The position numbers and the translations under genes are program-made. The notes beneath the pieces were generated by a model. That model was not told where the DNA came from. It worked only from the letters and a program-made list of their open reading frames with translations, and searched no databases. A stretch of DNA of 64,000 nt from Candidatus Levyibacteriota bacterium (GTDB lineage Bacteria > Patescibacteriota > Microgenomatia > Levybacterales > UBA12049): the NCBI GenBank assembly GCA_016214555.1, contig JACROF010000002.1, positions 5,416-69,415 on the forward strand, read 5' to 3'. Shown in pieces: positions 27,672 through 37,809 of the stretch; the stretch's first letter is position 1; every line of letters begins with the position of its first letter.

Positions 27672-28718
27672 TTAAGAATTTTTAAGCTGTTCTTTAAACC
27701 AATCCACCCAGGGATTTACAGCTGGGTCTTGGTCGTATCTGAGGGAAAGAAAAAGAGTGAGATATGAACCATAAGCAAGCACTTCTAAGAAGTCGTCATA
27801 AATACTTTGTCCCGAGGTCATAAATTCATGGAGTTCATGATTGTTTTGTTTTACAACGTCAATTGTTAATTGCATTCTCTTTTTGATTTTTGATGAATAA
27901 TTTTGTGAATTTAGAAAAAGAAAATGAAGGTTGTGATCTTTGGGAAATTGTAGCCCCTCCATAAGGTGATGATTGAGATCTGGAACTACATAATAGCAAG
28001 AGAAAGTTTTTGCTGTTTCGTTACATTGATTTCTAAGAATTTGACCATTTCCTGATAAATGCTCTGCGGTAATAATGACAGGAATTTTATTTTGAAAGAT
28101 TTCAAATTCTCTGTGCGCTTGTCCTTTGATCTCAGGCAATTTTTCCTCAAGTCTTGTTATCGCATCTAAAATTTCTCTTTCTTCGATATTGATAATTCGT
28201 GCCTTATTAAGAAGACCAATCAAACCCAGTATGGTATACCCATTGCCGAGTCGCGGAACACCAGATGGGTTGAGTTTTCCGTCAAAAATATAGGAAGGGA
28301 TAGCGTTTTCTTTTGCAAATTCCAAGAGGGGTCCTCCTTTTGTTAGGATAAGCATTTTAGCATCTCTTGCTTTTGCTTCTTTCGCACACGACAAAACCTC
28401 TTCTGTTGTTCCTGAGTATGAGGTTAGAACAACGAGTGTATGTTCGTCTACATAGGTAGGAAGGTGGTAATCTGTTACTATCTCGCTAGGATATGCTATC
28501 TCAAGTCCCAGCAGTGCTTTTGTAACTAAAGCTCCATAAATTGAAGCTCCCATGCCACAAAACACTATGTTAACAATGCCATTTGTATCAAAAGATATAT
28601 CTAGCTTTGAGATATCTTCCCAGGCTGCCTTGCATTGCTTGACCAAAAGTTCCGTTGAAGCAAAAGTATCTCGTGGATCAATTTTTTTAATACCTTCAAT
28701 ATCTAAAACATTTTGCAT
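27672..28718 (-). CDS. Bifunctional phosphoglucose/phosphomannose isomerase (SIS domain)
   Basis: Two SIS-like halves: FCGMGASIYGA and LVVLTSYSGTTEE. About 348 aa, typical of PGI/PMI. Confidence 0.65.
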   Translation of the reverse strand: MQNVLDIEGIKKIDPRDTFASTELLVKQCKAAWEDISKLDISFDTNGIVNIVFCGMGASIYGALVTKALLGLEIAYPSEIVTDYHLPTYVDEHTLVVLTSYSGTTEEVLSCAKEAKARDAKMLILTKGGPLLEFAKENAIPSYIFDGKLNPSGVPRLGNGYTILGLIGLLNKARIINIEEREILDAITRLEEKLPEIKGQAHREFEIFQNKIPVIITAEHLSGNGQILRNQCNETAKTFSCYYVVPDLNHHLMEGLQFPKDHNLHFLFLNSQNYSSKIKKRMQLTIDVVKQNNHELHEFMTSGQSIYDDFLEVLAYGSYLTLFLSLRYDQDPAVNPWVDWFKEQLKNS

Positions 28719-28719
28719 A

Positions 28720-29199
28720 TTATCCGTTCCAGCCTCTATTAGGAAGTTTTCTCATGTCTTCTGTTTCATCTGGTCTTTTATAATCATCCTCAAGTCTATA
28801 AGTTACTCCTTCCTCAGGGGTGGAGACTTCTAGCACTTCAGCATCAGTTATTCCAACAAGCCTATGTCTTTGTCCCACCTGGCTTGTGTATCCTTTGCCC
28901 TCCTCTAGCTCTGTTTCAACAAGATTGCCGTTGTCATCATCCCAAAGGAGTTTCATTCGCCCACTTTTTAAAAACCAGCTTTCTTGTTTTTTATCGTGGA
29001 CTTGGAGAGATAGCCTTGCACCTTTGTTGACATGAAGTACTTTTCCCATATAGGGGAGGTTATCAGGTGTCCAGTGAAGCTCAAATCCCCAAGGCTTCTC
29101 TACTCTTTTTATATAAGAATCATTACTAAAAGGAGTCTTCTTAAATTGCTTGTAATCCTGCATACTAGTGGCTTGCGTGAGATACGTCTTCCTTTGCAA
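28720..29199 (-). CDS. Cupin-domain protein (possible sugar-phosphate isomerase; start may be internal Met at 29163)
   Basis: Cupin motifs G.RLSLQVH.....W....G. Confidence 0.5.
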   Translation of the reverse strand: MQRKTYLTQATSMQDYKQFKKTPFSNDSYIKRVEKPWGFELHWTPDNLPYMGKVLHVNKGARLSLQVHDKKQESWFLKSGRMKLLWDDDNGNLVETELEEGKGYTSQVGQRHRLVGITDAEVLEVSTPEEGVTYRLEDDYKRPDETEDMRKLPNRGWNG

Positions 29200-30565
29200 C
29201 TGACTTAATAAGACTTATTACCTCGTCGCGTTTTTGCTCCATAGTATCTCGAGTAAGAGCTTCGAGATTAAATCTTAAAAGTGGCTCAGTGTTTGATGTT
29301 CTAAGACTCATTCGCCAATCTGGATAACTTATAATCACGCCATCAAGGTCTGAAAACTCACCATCATGATAGGTTGATTTGATATGATCCATGATCTCTT
29401 GCGCATTTGTTACTGCAAAATTTATCTCTCCCGACTCAAAAGCACTTTGATATTCTTTCGCTACTTCAGAAAGAGGCTTGTTTTCCTCGGTTAAAATTTT
29501 CATTACTGCGATAATGGTGATAACTTGTGACTCCGCATTCCCTGTTGCATTGTAGTAATAATGCGCAGAGGCTTCACCAGCCATTAACGCTCCTGAATTG
29601 GTCATGAGCTCCGTGATAAACGCATGGCCTGTTTTGGAGATCAAAACTTCACCACCCCATGCTTCAACGTTCTTTTTAACAGTGAGGCTGTATTTTGCAT
29701 CAACGACTACCTTGCTTTTTGGGAATTCTTTAAAGAGCTCTTTAGCAATCATACTTGTGATCACAGATGGAGACACAACATCACCTTTCTCATCTAAGAT
29801 AAAAAGTCTATCACCATCGCCATCAGGTACAAGTCCAAGATCAGCGTTGACTTCTTGAAGCTTTTTTTGTGCATAAACAAGATTCTTTGGCTGCATAGGA
29901 TCTGGCTGATGAACTGGAAAGGTGCCGTCAAGATCAAAATTCATCTTAACAAGATCAATAGGCAACTTACTTGCAAGAGCGTTCAAATAGGGGATACCCA
30001 TCGCGTTTGCAGGATCGGCAACTATCTTAAACTGTTTGAGAGTAGGATTTCCTAAAAGGTTTAGGGCATTTTGCACTTCTGCCTGTGTGATATCGCTTTG
30101 ATCCTCTTCTGTACCTTCTTTTTTGGGAGGATTTACTCCTTGCAATGCTAAATCTCTTACATCTTCCATACCTGTTGGTTTTCCAATTTTGAGAAGACCT
30201 TTTGGAGTGTTGATAACAAATTTCATTCCAGTGTACTCTTTGGGGTTATGTGATGCCGTTACGGTAATTCCTGTTTCATATCCAAAATGAGAAACTGCAA
30301 AATAAAACGTAGGCGTTGATACGAGTCCAAGGTTAACAACGTGTGCTCCAGCTTCTAAAAGAGCTTTGCGAACGCTTTCGACCATACTTGGAGAGGATAC
30401 CCTCATATCCCATCCAAGAGCAACCGTTATTTGATCCTTATTAAGTTTCTTTTGAAAAAATGTATAAATTGCTTTAGCAATTTGAGCACCCTTTGCTTCG
30501 TCAAGATCGGTGGGGTAAATACCGCGGATATCGTATGCCTTGAAGATCTTTGGATCTATATCCAT
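29165..30565 (-). CDS. Phosphomannomutase/phosphoglucomutase (alpha-D-phosphohexomutase)
   Basis: Active-site TASHNP; DGDGDR metal-binding loop; GEASAH sugar-binding motif. Confidence 0.85.
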   Translation of the reverse strand: MDIDPKIFKAYDIRGIYPTDLDEAKGAQIAKAIYTFFQKKLNKDQITVALGWDMRVSSPSMVESVRKALLEAGAHVVNLGLVSTPTFYFAVSHFGYETGITVTASHNPKEYTGMKFVINTPKGLLKIGKPTGMEDVRDLALQGVNPPKKEGTEEDQSDITQAEVQNALNLLGNPTLKQFKIVADPANAMGIPYLNALASKLPIDLVKMNFDLDGTFPVHQPDPMQPKNLVYAQKKLQEVNADLGLVPDGDGDRLFILDEKGDVVSPSVITSMIAKELFKEFPKSKVVVDAKYSLTVKKNVEAWGGEVLISKTGHAFITELMTNSGALMAGEASAHYYYNATGNAESQVITIIAVMKILTEENKPLSEVAKEYQSAFESGEINFAVTNAQEIMDHIKSTYHDGEFSDLDGVIISYPDWRMSLRTSNTEPLLRFNLEALTRDTMEQKRDEVISLIKSVAKEDVSHASH

Positions 30566-30574
30566 GAACCAATA

Positions 30575-31267
30575 TTAGATATCGCTAAGAAAAATGTCAA
30601 GCGAGACATGGAGTGGTGTCGCAAGGTTTCCTGTTTTTAGATCCTGATCAATTTGTGCTAATGCTAGATACAAACGTTTTAATTCTCTTTTGGGAAAAAG
30701 CTTTGCTTGTTTTTGCATTTTTGCGGCCTGCCATGGTGCAAGTCTCTTTACTTCATCAATGTAGGAGTCTGTTTGATCGCTTAGGGCAAGAAGTATACGC
30801 AACTGTCTGACCAACATAAAAAAGACCATTTCTCCCTCTATCGTCTCCAAAACTCTTTGGTGAAGCATGATCAACTGTTTTCCAGCATTTGGCTTGATAC
30901 TGTCAAGAAAAAGGAAAAGCGTCTGGGGGAGTTTAAACGTTTTGATTGTTGCGTGCTTAAAATAGGAAAGGCTTTTTTTGTCTAGTTCTTTGTCTTCCCA
31001 CAGAAATATCTCGTGTTCTAATGTTTTGCTTTGGATATACGATAAGATTGCTTCAAATTCAGATGATTTTTTTCTTCTTTTAAAAAAATACTCCACTAGG
31101 TACGTCTTTGAGGTAACAAACAACCCGCCACCGTCCATCTCTTGCATGAGCTCTGTAAGCGATGTGGACTCACCGTCTAGTGTGACTGTATTGGAAAATT
31201 TTGTTTTGAGCTCATTAAAGTAATTTCTTGAGGAGGCGGTGTCATCACCGTGAATAATGGTAATCAT
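30575..31267 (-). CDS. holA: DNA polymerase III delta subunit-like (HolA)
   Basis: N-terminal IHGDD...L..E; C-terminal ...LYLALAQIDQDLKTG resembling delta subunit. Weakly conserved. Confidence 0.45.
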   Translation of the reverse strand: MITIIHGDDTASSRNYFNELKTKFSNTVTLDGESTSLTELMQEMDGGGLFVTSKTYLVEYFFKRRKKSSEFEAILSYIQSKTLEHEIFLWEDKELDKKSLSYFKHATIKTFKLPQTLFLFLDSIKPNAGKQLIMLHQRVLETIEGEMVFFMLVRQLRILLALSDQTDSYIDEVKRLAPWQAAKMQKQAKLFPKRELKRLYLALAQIDQDLKTGNLATPLHVSLDIFLSDI

Positions 31268-31274
31268 ACACGGA

Positions 31275-32411
31275 TTATATCTTCATTAGCCATTTAAAAG
31301 TAGACTGTAAAGCCTTAGACAGTGAGATTTTTGATTTTGGCTTGTCTTCAGAGCTAAAGCTTTTTACTAAAGTAGTAGTATTAGCCTGTGTAACAACGCT
31401 TAAAACTTCAGGAGAGAGGATAGGTTGACCTTTGATTTTTATCATATTTTTAATTGCTTGATACTGTTCTGTTGGATTTCCATCCTCTGTCATAAATGAA
31501 AATTTAGCAAAGGGTCCTGAAGCACGAAGGATAAATGGGGTTATAGCAACAATTCCTTTGTCAGACCATGCATTGCTTAGAGCGTCCATGTAGTATGATG
31601 CTCTGTCCTTGTCTGAGATTTTTTCATTTGACCACCCTGTCTCAGTAATAAATATAGGGTGAGACTTGGAACTCATTTTTTGAATAAACTTTCTTTCAAA
31701 ATAAAAACTGACAATACTTGATGAAGAAACAACGCTAGGTGGTTGTGAAAATCCGGGATTTGGATATGAGTGACTCGCCAGTCCATCTACCTGATTAAAA
31801 ATACCAGGTACCTCACCATTCATTCGATCAAAGAATGAGTATTGGTTGATATAGGTCGATCCTTGATTTGGGGCTGCATTATCCATGCCGCTGCTAATCA
31901 TAAAAAAATCCTGATTGATTGACTTAAAAACCGTCACGGCATAAGACAAAAGTTGTGCATACTCTGCAGGATTTGCTTCTCCTCCCCATTCATCTCCTCT
32001 GTTGACTTCGTTAAATACGATAACGTATCTATTTTTTGTAGGCCATTCAAGTGAGTTGAGGAAATTTGCAAAATCAAGGATATCTGTCTCATCGGGTTTT
32101 CTCCATACGTGTGTATTAAAATAATCTCCCTCCGTTGCTAGACGAATAATAGGAATTAAATGTTTTTCTTTTGCTTTATCCATGAATTCCTGCCACTTTT
32201 TAAGATCTTTGTCTCCTGATTGAATTGGGATGAGTACATATCCCCAGTCACCATTATTGCCGTTTACTAGCTGAGCAGCATCATCAAGTTCGGTTGTAAA
32301 CAAAATATGAATACCTATTTTGTTGTTTGGCACTGATAGTGGATCTTCAAGAGCAAGTGCTGGTGTTGAAGTAAAAAGGAGAAGAGTCAGTATAAGAAGA
32401 ATTTTTTTCAT
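31275..32411 (-). CDS. Secreted GH-A clan (GH5-like) glycoside hydrolase
   Basis: Signal peptide. Catalytic acid/base in VIVFNEVN and nucleophile in IFITETGWS, the TIM-barrel 4/7 superfamily pattern. Confidence 0.5.
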   Translation of the reverse strand: MKKILLILTLLLFTSTPALALEDPLSVPNNKIGIHILFTTELDDAAQLVNGNNGDWGYVLIPIQSGDKDLKKWQEFMDKAKEKHLIPIIRLATEGDYFNTHVWRKPDETDILDFANFLNSLEWPTKNRYVIVFNEVNRGDEWGGEANPAEYAQLLSYAVTVFKSINQDFFMISSGMDNAAPNQGSTYINQYSFFDRMNGEVPGIFNQVDGLASHSYPNPGFSQPPSVVSSSSIVSFYFERKFIQKMSSKSHPIFITETGWSNEKISDKDRASYYMDALSNAWSDKGIVAITPFILRASGPFAKFSFMTEDGNPTEQYQAIKNMIKIKGQPILSPEVLSVVTQANTTTLVKSFSSEDKPKSKISLSKALQSTFKWLMKI

Positions 32412-32486
32412 GGCTATATATTATAGCAGCTTTGGCAAGTTGGTATTAGTCTTATAGTCATATGTCTGTATCTGAGGTATAATAGA

Positions 32487-33443
32487 ATGATGCAAAATAT
32501 CTGGCAATTACTTCCAAGACCATTTTTTGTCTTGGCTCCAATGGAAGACGTCACAGACACTGTTTTTCGTCAAATTGTTGTTTCTTGTGGCAAGCCGGAC
32601 CTTTTTTTGACCGAGTTCACCAATGTTGATGGGTTATTTTCAGCTGGCCGTGATATGGTAATAAAAAGATTTGATTTTTCAAAAAAGGAACTTCCACTTG
32701 TTGCTCAAATTTGGGGGATTTATCCAGAAAACTACTTTAAAGCAGCAAAGCTAATCGTATCTATGGGATTTAGTGGTATTGATATCAATATGGGCTGTCC
32801 TGAGAGAAAAGTAGTAAAGATGGGTGCGTGTTCGGCTTTGATGAACAACAAATCGCTAGCTAAAGAGATTATTCAAGCAACAAAAGCAGGAGCGGGAAAT
32901 CTTCCATTAAGCATCAAGACTAGGATTGGGCTTGCGGAAATTCAGACTGAGAACTGGATCGGATTTCTTCTTGAGCAAGATTTAGATGCGATCACCATTC
33001 ATGGCAGGACTGTCAAAGAAATGTCTGAGGTTCCTGCTCATTGGGATGAGATTGGGAAAGCAGTAAGTCTTCGAAATAGCATGCAAAAAAAGACACTAAT
33101 CGTTGGCAATGGAGATATATTGTCCCGTAAAGAGGCTTCAGAAAAAGTAGAGACTACCAGTGTTGATGGTGTGATGATAGGTAGGGGAATATTTCATGAC
33201 CCGTGGTTATTTAATACCAAACACTTTGGCGATTTGGTGTCAAAAGAGGAGAAAATTACAAAACTTATCGAGCATATTTCTCTTTTTACATCATACTGGG
33301 GTGACAAAAAACGCCACGCAATTCTTAAAAAATTTTACAAATGTTATATCAATGGTTTTTCTGGGGCATCTGAATTGAGGTCTGAGTTAATGCTTAAAAC
33401 TCCTCTTGAGGCAGTTGCAACGCTTCGAGCCATTGCTCAGTAG
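32487..33443 (+). CDS. dus: tRNA-dihydrouridine synthase
   Basis: VLAPMEDVTD..FR; DINMGCP; FMN-binding TIM barrel motifs. Confidence 0.8.
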   Translation: MMQNIWQLLPRPFFVLAPMEDVTDTVFRQIVVSCGKPDLFLTEFTNVDGLFSAGRDMVIKRFDFSKKELPLVAQIWGIYPENYFKAAKLIVSMGFSGIDINMGCPERKVVKMGACSALMNNKSLAKEIIQATKAGAGNLPLSIKTRIGLAEIQTENWIGFLLEQDLDAITIHGRTVKEMSEVPAHWDEIGKAVSLRNSMQKKTLIVGNGDILSRKEASEKVETTSVDGVMIGRGIFHDPWLFNTKHFGDLVSKEEKITKLIEHISLFTSYWGDKKRHAILKKFYKCYINGFSGASELRSELMLKTPLEAVATLRAIAQ

Positions 33444-33469
33444 AGATTTTTGATTTAAGATAAAAAAGT

Positions 33470-33652
33470 ATGTTTGATGGCATCGATCAGAAAAAATTGC
33501 TTCAGGCAATTGTGGTGGTTATAGCTTTTGGGGTCTTTGCTCTTTCACTGACTTATATTGTTCCTCTCCTTGGTCTCATAGCTGCAGTCTCAGTTGTAGG
33601 CGCTATAGGTTACGCCCTCTATCTTTTCTTCACTGGGAAAAAGAAAGTTTAA
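33470..33652 (+). CDS. Small membrane protein (60 aa)
   Basis: Single long TM region. Follows dus. Confidence 0.35.
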   Translation: MFDGIDQKKLLQAIVVVIAFGVFALSLTYIVPLLGLIAAVSVVGAIGYALYLFFTGKKKV

Positions 33653-33692
33653 CTCCAAAAACTAATCTTATAGTTTTAATTCATTATTTTTT

Positions 33693-34649
33693 TTGCTATA
33701 CTTGTCATCGATCGAAATCTTCGGTCAAGCCCTTTTACAACTTTCACAGGAGGGAGAAATGTTTGACGACATTCCGCGTAGTCAAGTAACCGTGCGGGAG
33801 GGTTCTCTTCACCACAGAATGTATATGTGGTGGAGGAGTCATGGTGGGGGAAACCGCCGTGGGTACAAAGAAAACCTCTGTCATTACATGAGGGTTGTTT
33901 TGATATACACTCCGTTCCTTTGGTTTTTTATAGTCCCGTTGGGAGACAAGAATTCCAAAGTGAGAGGGGTTCGTCCCTTCATGATTCCGTTCTCTATTCT
34001 CACGGTCTTTTCACTATGGTATCTCGCCACTACTTGGCCTGGAGAGTTTCTCTTTTGGTTGGAAGTAGCTGCTGGTACTTTGGTGTTTGTGGTTTTGGCA
34101 TTTCTAGGCATTGCCTGGCTAGATTACAACGAAGCGCGAGTGAGCGCATTCTTTGTCAGGTTAGGACATCGACTACGATTTTTAGAGGTTTCCCTTTTCC
34201 TGGCTATCTGGATCGGTAGTCGCATCGGAAGATTGGTGAGCTGGCTTGTAAAGAGGGTTATAGTACCTTTTGCCCGTTGGTTTGTAACACCATATCTTCG
34301 CTATGTCTACCCTCTAGGCGTAGTCTGCCTGGGAGTCATCATTGCGCTCTGCTGGCATTGGCCAGATGAAGCACTAAAGACGCTTCTCATAGGACTACTT
34401 AGCCTAGCTTGTGGAGTTGCAGGTGTTGGAGGCTTTTTCCTCTTGGCTTGGCTGTTTGACGGTGACTCATTTGACCTTGGTGGTAAAATCAAGGCAAGGT
34501 TTCCTGGCGACAAAGAGCCAGCAGTTGTCAAGGAAAAAGGTACAAGTCTTGTCATGCTCATCGTGCGATTTATTGTCGCGCGAAAGTTTAAGATCTGTCC
34601 CTTTATCAATCTTCCAGAAGATTCTGTTGCGCCTGCCACAAATTCGTGA
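33693..34649 (+). CDS. Hypothetical polytopic membrane protein, GC-elevated
   Basis: 318 aa, 6 or more TM helices. No motif match. Followed by a strong terminator. Confidence 0.45.
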   Translation: MLYLSSIEIFGQALLQLSQEGEMFDDIPRSQVTVREGSLHHRMYMWWRSHGGGNRRGYKENLCHYMRVVLIYTPFLWFFIVPLGDKNSKVRGVRPFMIPFSILTVFSLWYLATTWPGEFLFWLEVAAGTLVFVVLAFLGIAWLDYNEARVSAFFVRLGHRLRFLEVSLFLAIWIGSRIGRLVSWLVKRVIVPFARWFVTPYLRYVYPLGVVCLGVIIALCWHWPDEALKTLLIGLLSLACGVAGVGGFFLLAWLFDGDSFDLGGKIKARFPGDKEPAVVKEKGTSLVMLIVRFIVARKFKICPFINLPEDSVAPATNS

Positions 34650-34656
34650 AAGTTAT

Positions 34657-34686
34657 GGGCGGTGTTGTTACACCGCCCTTTTTTTG
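34657..34686 (+). terminator. Rho-independent terminator (GGGCGGTGT-loop-ACACCGCCC + T7)
   Basis: Read directly. Confidence 0.7.
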
Positions 34687-34688
34687 TA

Positions 34689-34720
34689 CAAAAAAACCCG
34701 TACCGGAAAACCGATACGGG
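34689..34720 (-). terminator. Rho-independent terminator for the convergent minus-strand gene (CCCGTACCGG..CCGATACGGG)
   Basis: Read directly. A-run on plus strand gives the T-run on minus. Confidence 0.6.
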
Positions 34721-34740
34721 TAGAATTTATTTCAGCGCCA

Positions 34741-35235
34741 TTAATCAGGTGTGTTATCAATAATTGCCATTGGCTGGCTCATAACAAGATCGCCAATGGT
34801 GAAGTTTCCTGACAAGTATCTTCTTTTGCTCTCTCCATTCAGTTTTGCTCCAGGGGCAAGTAATATCTCCTGCTCGGTAACTCCGAGGTCATCAAGGAAT
34901 CCTTGCGTGTCAGCAATAATCTTATCAACCATTTCTTTGAGGCTATCTCTCATGTCTTTAACAAAAGAGATTAGAAGGTCGCTTCTGATAATGCCACTTG
35001 GTTGAGCATCAACAACGTCTTTGACGTAATCCCCGTCAAGCAGAAAATCAAGACACCTGACTTTAGCTTGCAAAAGATTTACTAAATTAACAGGTTTGTC
35101 CATCAGATCAGCAAGAACCTCTGCTAATTGTTCAAAATATGGTAAAGCAACTCCTTGGATTGCTTTTGACTGTCGAAGAAATACGGGATCTTCAGAGATC
35201 TTTTTCCGAAGAGCTTTTCTCGTTGAAGTAGACAC
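34741..35235 (-). CDS. Hypothetical protein (GTG start, AGGAGG RBS)
   Basis: 164 aa. RBS AGGAGG 7 nt upstream of GTG. No recognisable domain. Confidence 0.45.
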   Translation of the reverse strand: MSTSTRKALRKKISEDPVFLRQSKAIQGVALPYFEQLAEVLADLMDKPVNLVNLLQAKVRCLDFLLDGDYVKDVVDAQPSGIIRSDLLISFVKDMRDSLKEMVDKIIADTQGFLDDLGVTEQEILLAPGAKLNGESKRRYLSGNFTIGDLVMSQPMAIIDNTPD

Positions 35236-35364
35236 TTAATTGCCTCCTGTGTGAAAATGCGCACTTTTGTGCGGCTATCAAAATAGACAGCATACTAAGT
35301 ATGCGTTGAGCAAGCCTACTATGCTATCTATTTTTGTATCAATGTGCGCAGGAATATTATGTTG

Positions 35365-35436
35365 TGAGCCGGACAGGATTCGAACCTGTGACCAAGAGCT
35401 TAAAAGGCTCCTGCTCTACCGCTGAGCTACCGGCCC
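35365..35436 (-). tRNA. tRNA-Lys (anticodon TTT)
   Basis: Reverse complement GGGCCGGTAGCTCAGCGGTAGAGCAGGAGCCTTTTAAGCTCTTGGTCACAGGTTCGAATCCTGTCCGGCTCA. Anticodon loop CTTTTAA. Confidence 0.8.
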
Positions 35437-35667
35437 CAAGTGGGACAAACCTCGCGGTTTTTCCCAACGATTTCCCTTTAAGGATTGCAAAATCGGAACT
35501 CCTGGAATCATCGATTTTGCACTTCTAAATCGTTTCCCATCATTTTTCAATTTTGGGTTAATAGATTATATCAAGCTAGCCTCCTCCTTGACAAGCGTAT
35601 AGCACGAGAATAGACTATGTGTAATACAGCATGATCTTTACGTTACTTACCCTACAAAAGAAAGGAG

Positions 35668-36339
35668 GTGACACATATGAAAGGAAATGTTGGTGATTCA
35701 CTCATTGGATCAATTAGAGAGAGCTTTTACAGCGCTGCTACTTTTCTCCCCAATTTTTTAGCTGGTCTTATTATCCTTCTCATCGGCCTTGTTGTTGGCT
35801 CAATTGTTAAAAGACTCGTTTTGGGTCTATTTGAAGGTCTAAAATTGGAATCTTATCTCAATAAATACGGGATTCCTGAAGGGAAAAAAGACTATAGCTG
35901 GGCAAACATATTCTCAGAAGTAGCGCGGTGGTTTGTGATTATTATCTTCTTGATCCCAACTGCTGACGTCTGGAATCTTCCACAAATCACAACGGTTCTT
36001 AATACATTCTTGTTGTATTTACCAAACGTTTTTGTCGCGGCGATTATCGGTATGGTGGGACTCGCTTTTGCGAGACTTGCTAGCGACATAGTTATGGGAT
36101 CTGCAAGAGGAATATCTCCTGAGGTTGCAAATCTTTTGGCATCAATTACTCGCTGGGCAATAACGATTTTTGTCGTTCTTGCTGTACTCACACAGCTAGG
36201 GGTCGCTGCTGATCTTATCAGAATTCTATTTACAGGATTTGTTGCAATGATTGCGCTTGCTGGAGGTATTGCATTTGGACTTGGAGGACAAGATTCGGCT
36301 AGGGCGGTATTGGACGCTTTAAGAAGAAAGATAAAATAA
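35668..36339 (+). CDS. Membrane protein with repeated conserved TM-helix motif (MscS-associated TM_helix-like)
   Basis: RBS AAAGGAGGTG. Two internal repeats of ...N.L....W.I.I.V.L..LTQLGV... Low certainty on family. Confidence 0.4.
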   Translation: MTHMKGNVGDSLIGSIRESFYSAATFLPNFLAGLIILLIGLVVGSIVKRLVLGLFEGLKLESYLNKYGIPEGKKDYSWANIFSEVARWFVIIIFLIPTADVWNLPQITTVLNTFLLYLPNVFVAAIIGMVGLAFARLASDIVMGSARGISPEVANLLASITRWAITIFVVLAVLTQLGVAADLIRILFTGFVAMIALAGGIAFGLGGQDSARAVLDALRRKIK

Positions 36340-36412
36340 GTTGTCTAACAAGCACCTTTTCGCTATAATAAGTCAGGCTATTCGTCAAAGAATGGCCTGA
36401 TTTTTATAGATC

Positions 36413-36485
36413 GGCCCGTTCGTTCAGTGGTTAGGACTCGTGGTTTTCAGCCACGCAATCGGGGGTTCGAATCCCCCACGGGTCA
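36413..36485 (+). tRNA. tRNA-Glu (anticodon TTC)
   Basis: GGCCCGTTCGTTCAGTGGTTAGGACTCGTGGTTTTCAGCCACGCAATCGGGGGTTCGAATCCCCCACGGGTCA. Anticodon loop TTTTCAG. Confidence 0.8.
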
Positions 36486-36559
36486 CAACAAAAAGTTCTG
36501 CGCATTATACTTGGGTTTTTGATATAGAATTCATCATTAAAATAAGATAGACTATTCAC

Positions 36560-37198
36560 ATGACAGAAAATACTTTTGGCAAAGATAACATTATTCCTTT
36601 CCGCCCTCGGTCAACTGACCGACCTAAACCCCCCGTGCCATCCCTACCACCACGTGCTGGTGATCTTGAGAGTTTGGTCAGTCTTTTAGGTCATAGAGAC
36701 GTTGCAGCTATTAAGCCTGGTTTTACGATCCATGATATGGATGGCCTCTATGATGATTCTCAACTGCTTATGGCTGGAGAGTCATTGGCTGAAAAACTTG
36801 AAGCACTCAAAGAGATGGAGGATCAGAGGAAGGCAGCTATGTTGAGAGAGCAGCTGGAGGAGGATGCATTTAGGGCAAGGAGGGATTTTATTAGCGCAAA
36901 TGTCAGCGGAAAAGGGAGAGAGTTGGCATACAAGGACCTTTTTGAACATACATTTGCAGTTGCCGGGGAATTTGGAGATGAAGAGTTAAGACTTCGTTTG
37001 CGTGGGAGAGCAATTCTTCTTGCAAGAGATGTATTTGGAGATCGTACAGCAAGTAAAATGATTGAGAGGGCAGGTCTTGTAGCATTTGCCAATGAAAATC
37101 CTGGATCACGTAACGTTGTTAAAAATGGTTCTGCGACTGATAGTCCTGAGTCAGGTAATCCTCACTCCAAGATCCTTCAATTTAGAAGTAAAAAATAA
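36560..37198 (+). CDS. Hypothetical protein, GC-elevated, Pro-rich N-terminus, coiled-coil middle
   Basis: 212-aa ORF directly downstream of tRNA-Glu. No domain recognised. Confidence 0.4.
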   Translation: MTENTFGKDNIIPFRPRSTDRPKPPVPSLPPRAGDLESLVSLLGHRDVAAIKPGFTIHDMDGLYDDSQLLMAGESLAEKLEALKEMEDQRKAAMLREQLEEDAFRARRDFISANVSGKGRELAYKDLFEHTFAVAGEFGDEELRLRLRGRAILLARDVFGDRTASKMIERAGLVAFANENPGSRNVVKNGSATDSPESGNPHSKILQFRSKK

Positions 37199-37254
37199 TT
37201 TTTACATCCTATATTTTTGTCCTCAGAGCATATTTATGATAAAATCACGGCTAG

Positions 37255-37713
37255 TTGTTCATTGACAGTGTAGTTTTTTTCACGAAAGGAAAGACAGTGG
37301 CTCGAATTGGAGAGTATTTTTACGGTCTCTCAATCTCATTTTTTTGCTTTGTTACGCTTGCTGCGGTAGACCTACTGCATGTTGATGCAGCATTTACACT
37401 AAGCAAGCTTGTCGTTCCGTGTTTTGTAGCCTTTTTCCTGTGGAGTTTTGTTTATGTATCGTGCATGGTGATTGCATCCGTCGCATACGTAATTTTAGAA
37501 ATTTTTGGAGGACTGGGACTATTTATTGCTCCACTTCTGTTAGGAGTGGTTGCAACAAGACTGGCTAACTATGTCGATGACATGGATTGGTTCACGATTA
37601 AATCGGGATGGTTTTCAAACCTTTCTATAGGCCTTGTGCTAGGCGCAATCATAGTGGTTGTATCTGGGAAAAGATTGGAAATTGCTTTTGGAGCTCCACA
37701 CCAGAGAGAATAA
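37255..37713 (+). CDS. Hypothetical membrane protein (4 TM)
   Basis: Hydrophobic 152-aa ORF. Followed by a terminator. Confidence 0.35.
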   Translation: MFIDSVVFFTKGKTVARIGEYFYGLSISFFCFVTLAAVDLLHVDAAFTLSKLVVPCFVAFFLWSFVYVSCMVIASVAYVILEIFGGLGLFIAPLLLGVVATRLANYVDDMDWFTIKSGWFSNLSIGLVLGAIIVVVSGKRLEIAFGAPHQRE

Positions 37714-37734
37714 AAAAACGTACATTGATTACAC

Positions 37735-37768
37735 CGCGCCGGTGAGAGTATTCTCCCGGCGTTTTTTT
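37735..37768 (+). terminator. Rho-independent terminator (CGCCGG..CCGGCG + T7)
   Basis: Read directly. Confidence 0.65.
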
Positions 37769-37809
37769 ATGCTCTTGACAGCAATTTAGATTTCGTCACA
37801 AAATGATGT

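Noticed and set aside
35334-35528. 64-aa plus-strand ORF containing TGFEPVTKSLKGSCSTAELP
   Set aside because: Translation of the antisense of tRNA-Lys(TTT). Not a gene.
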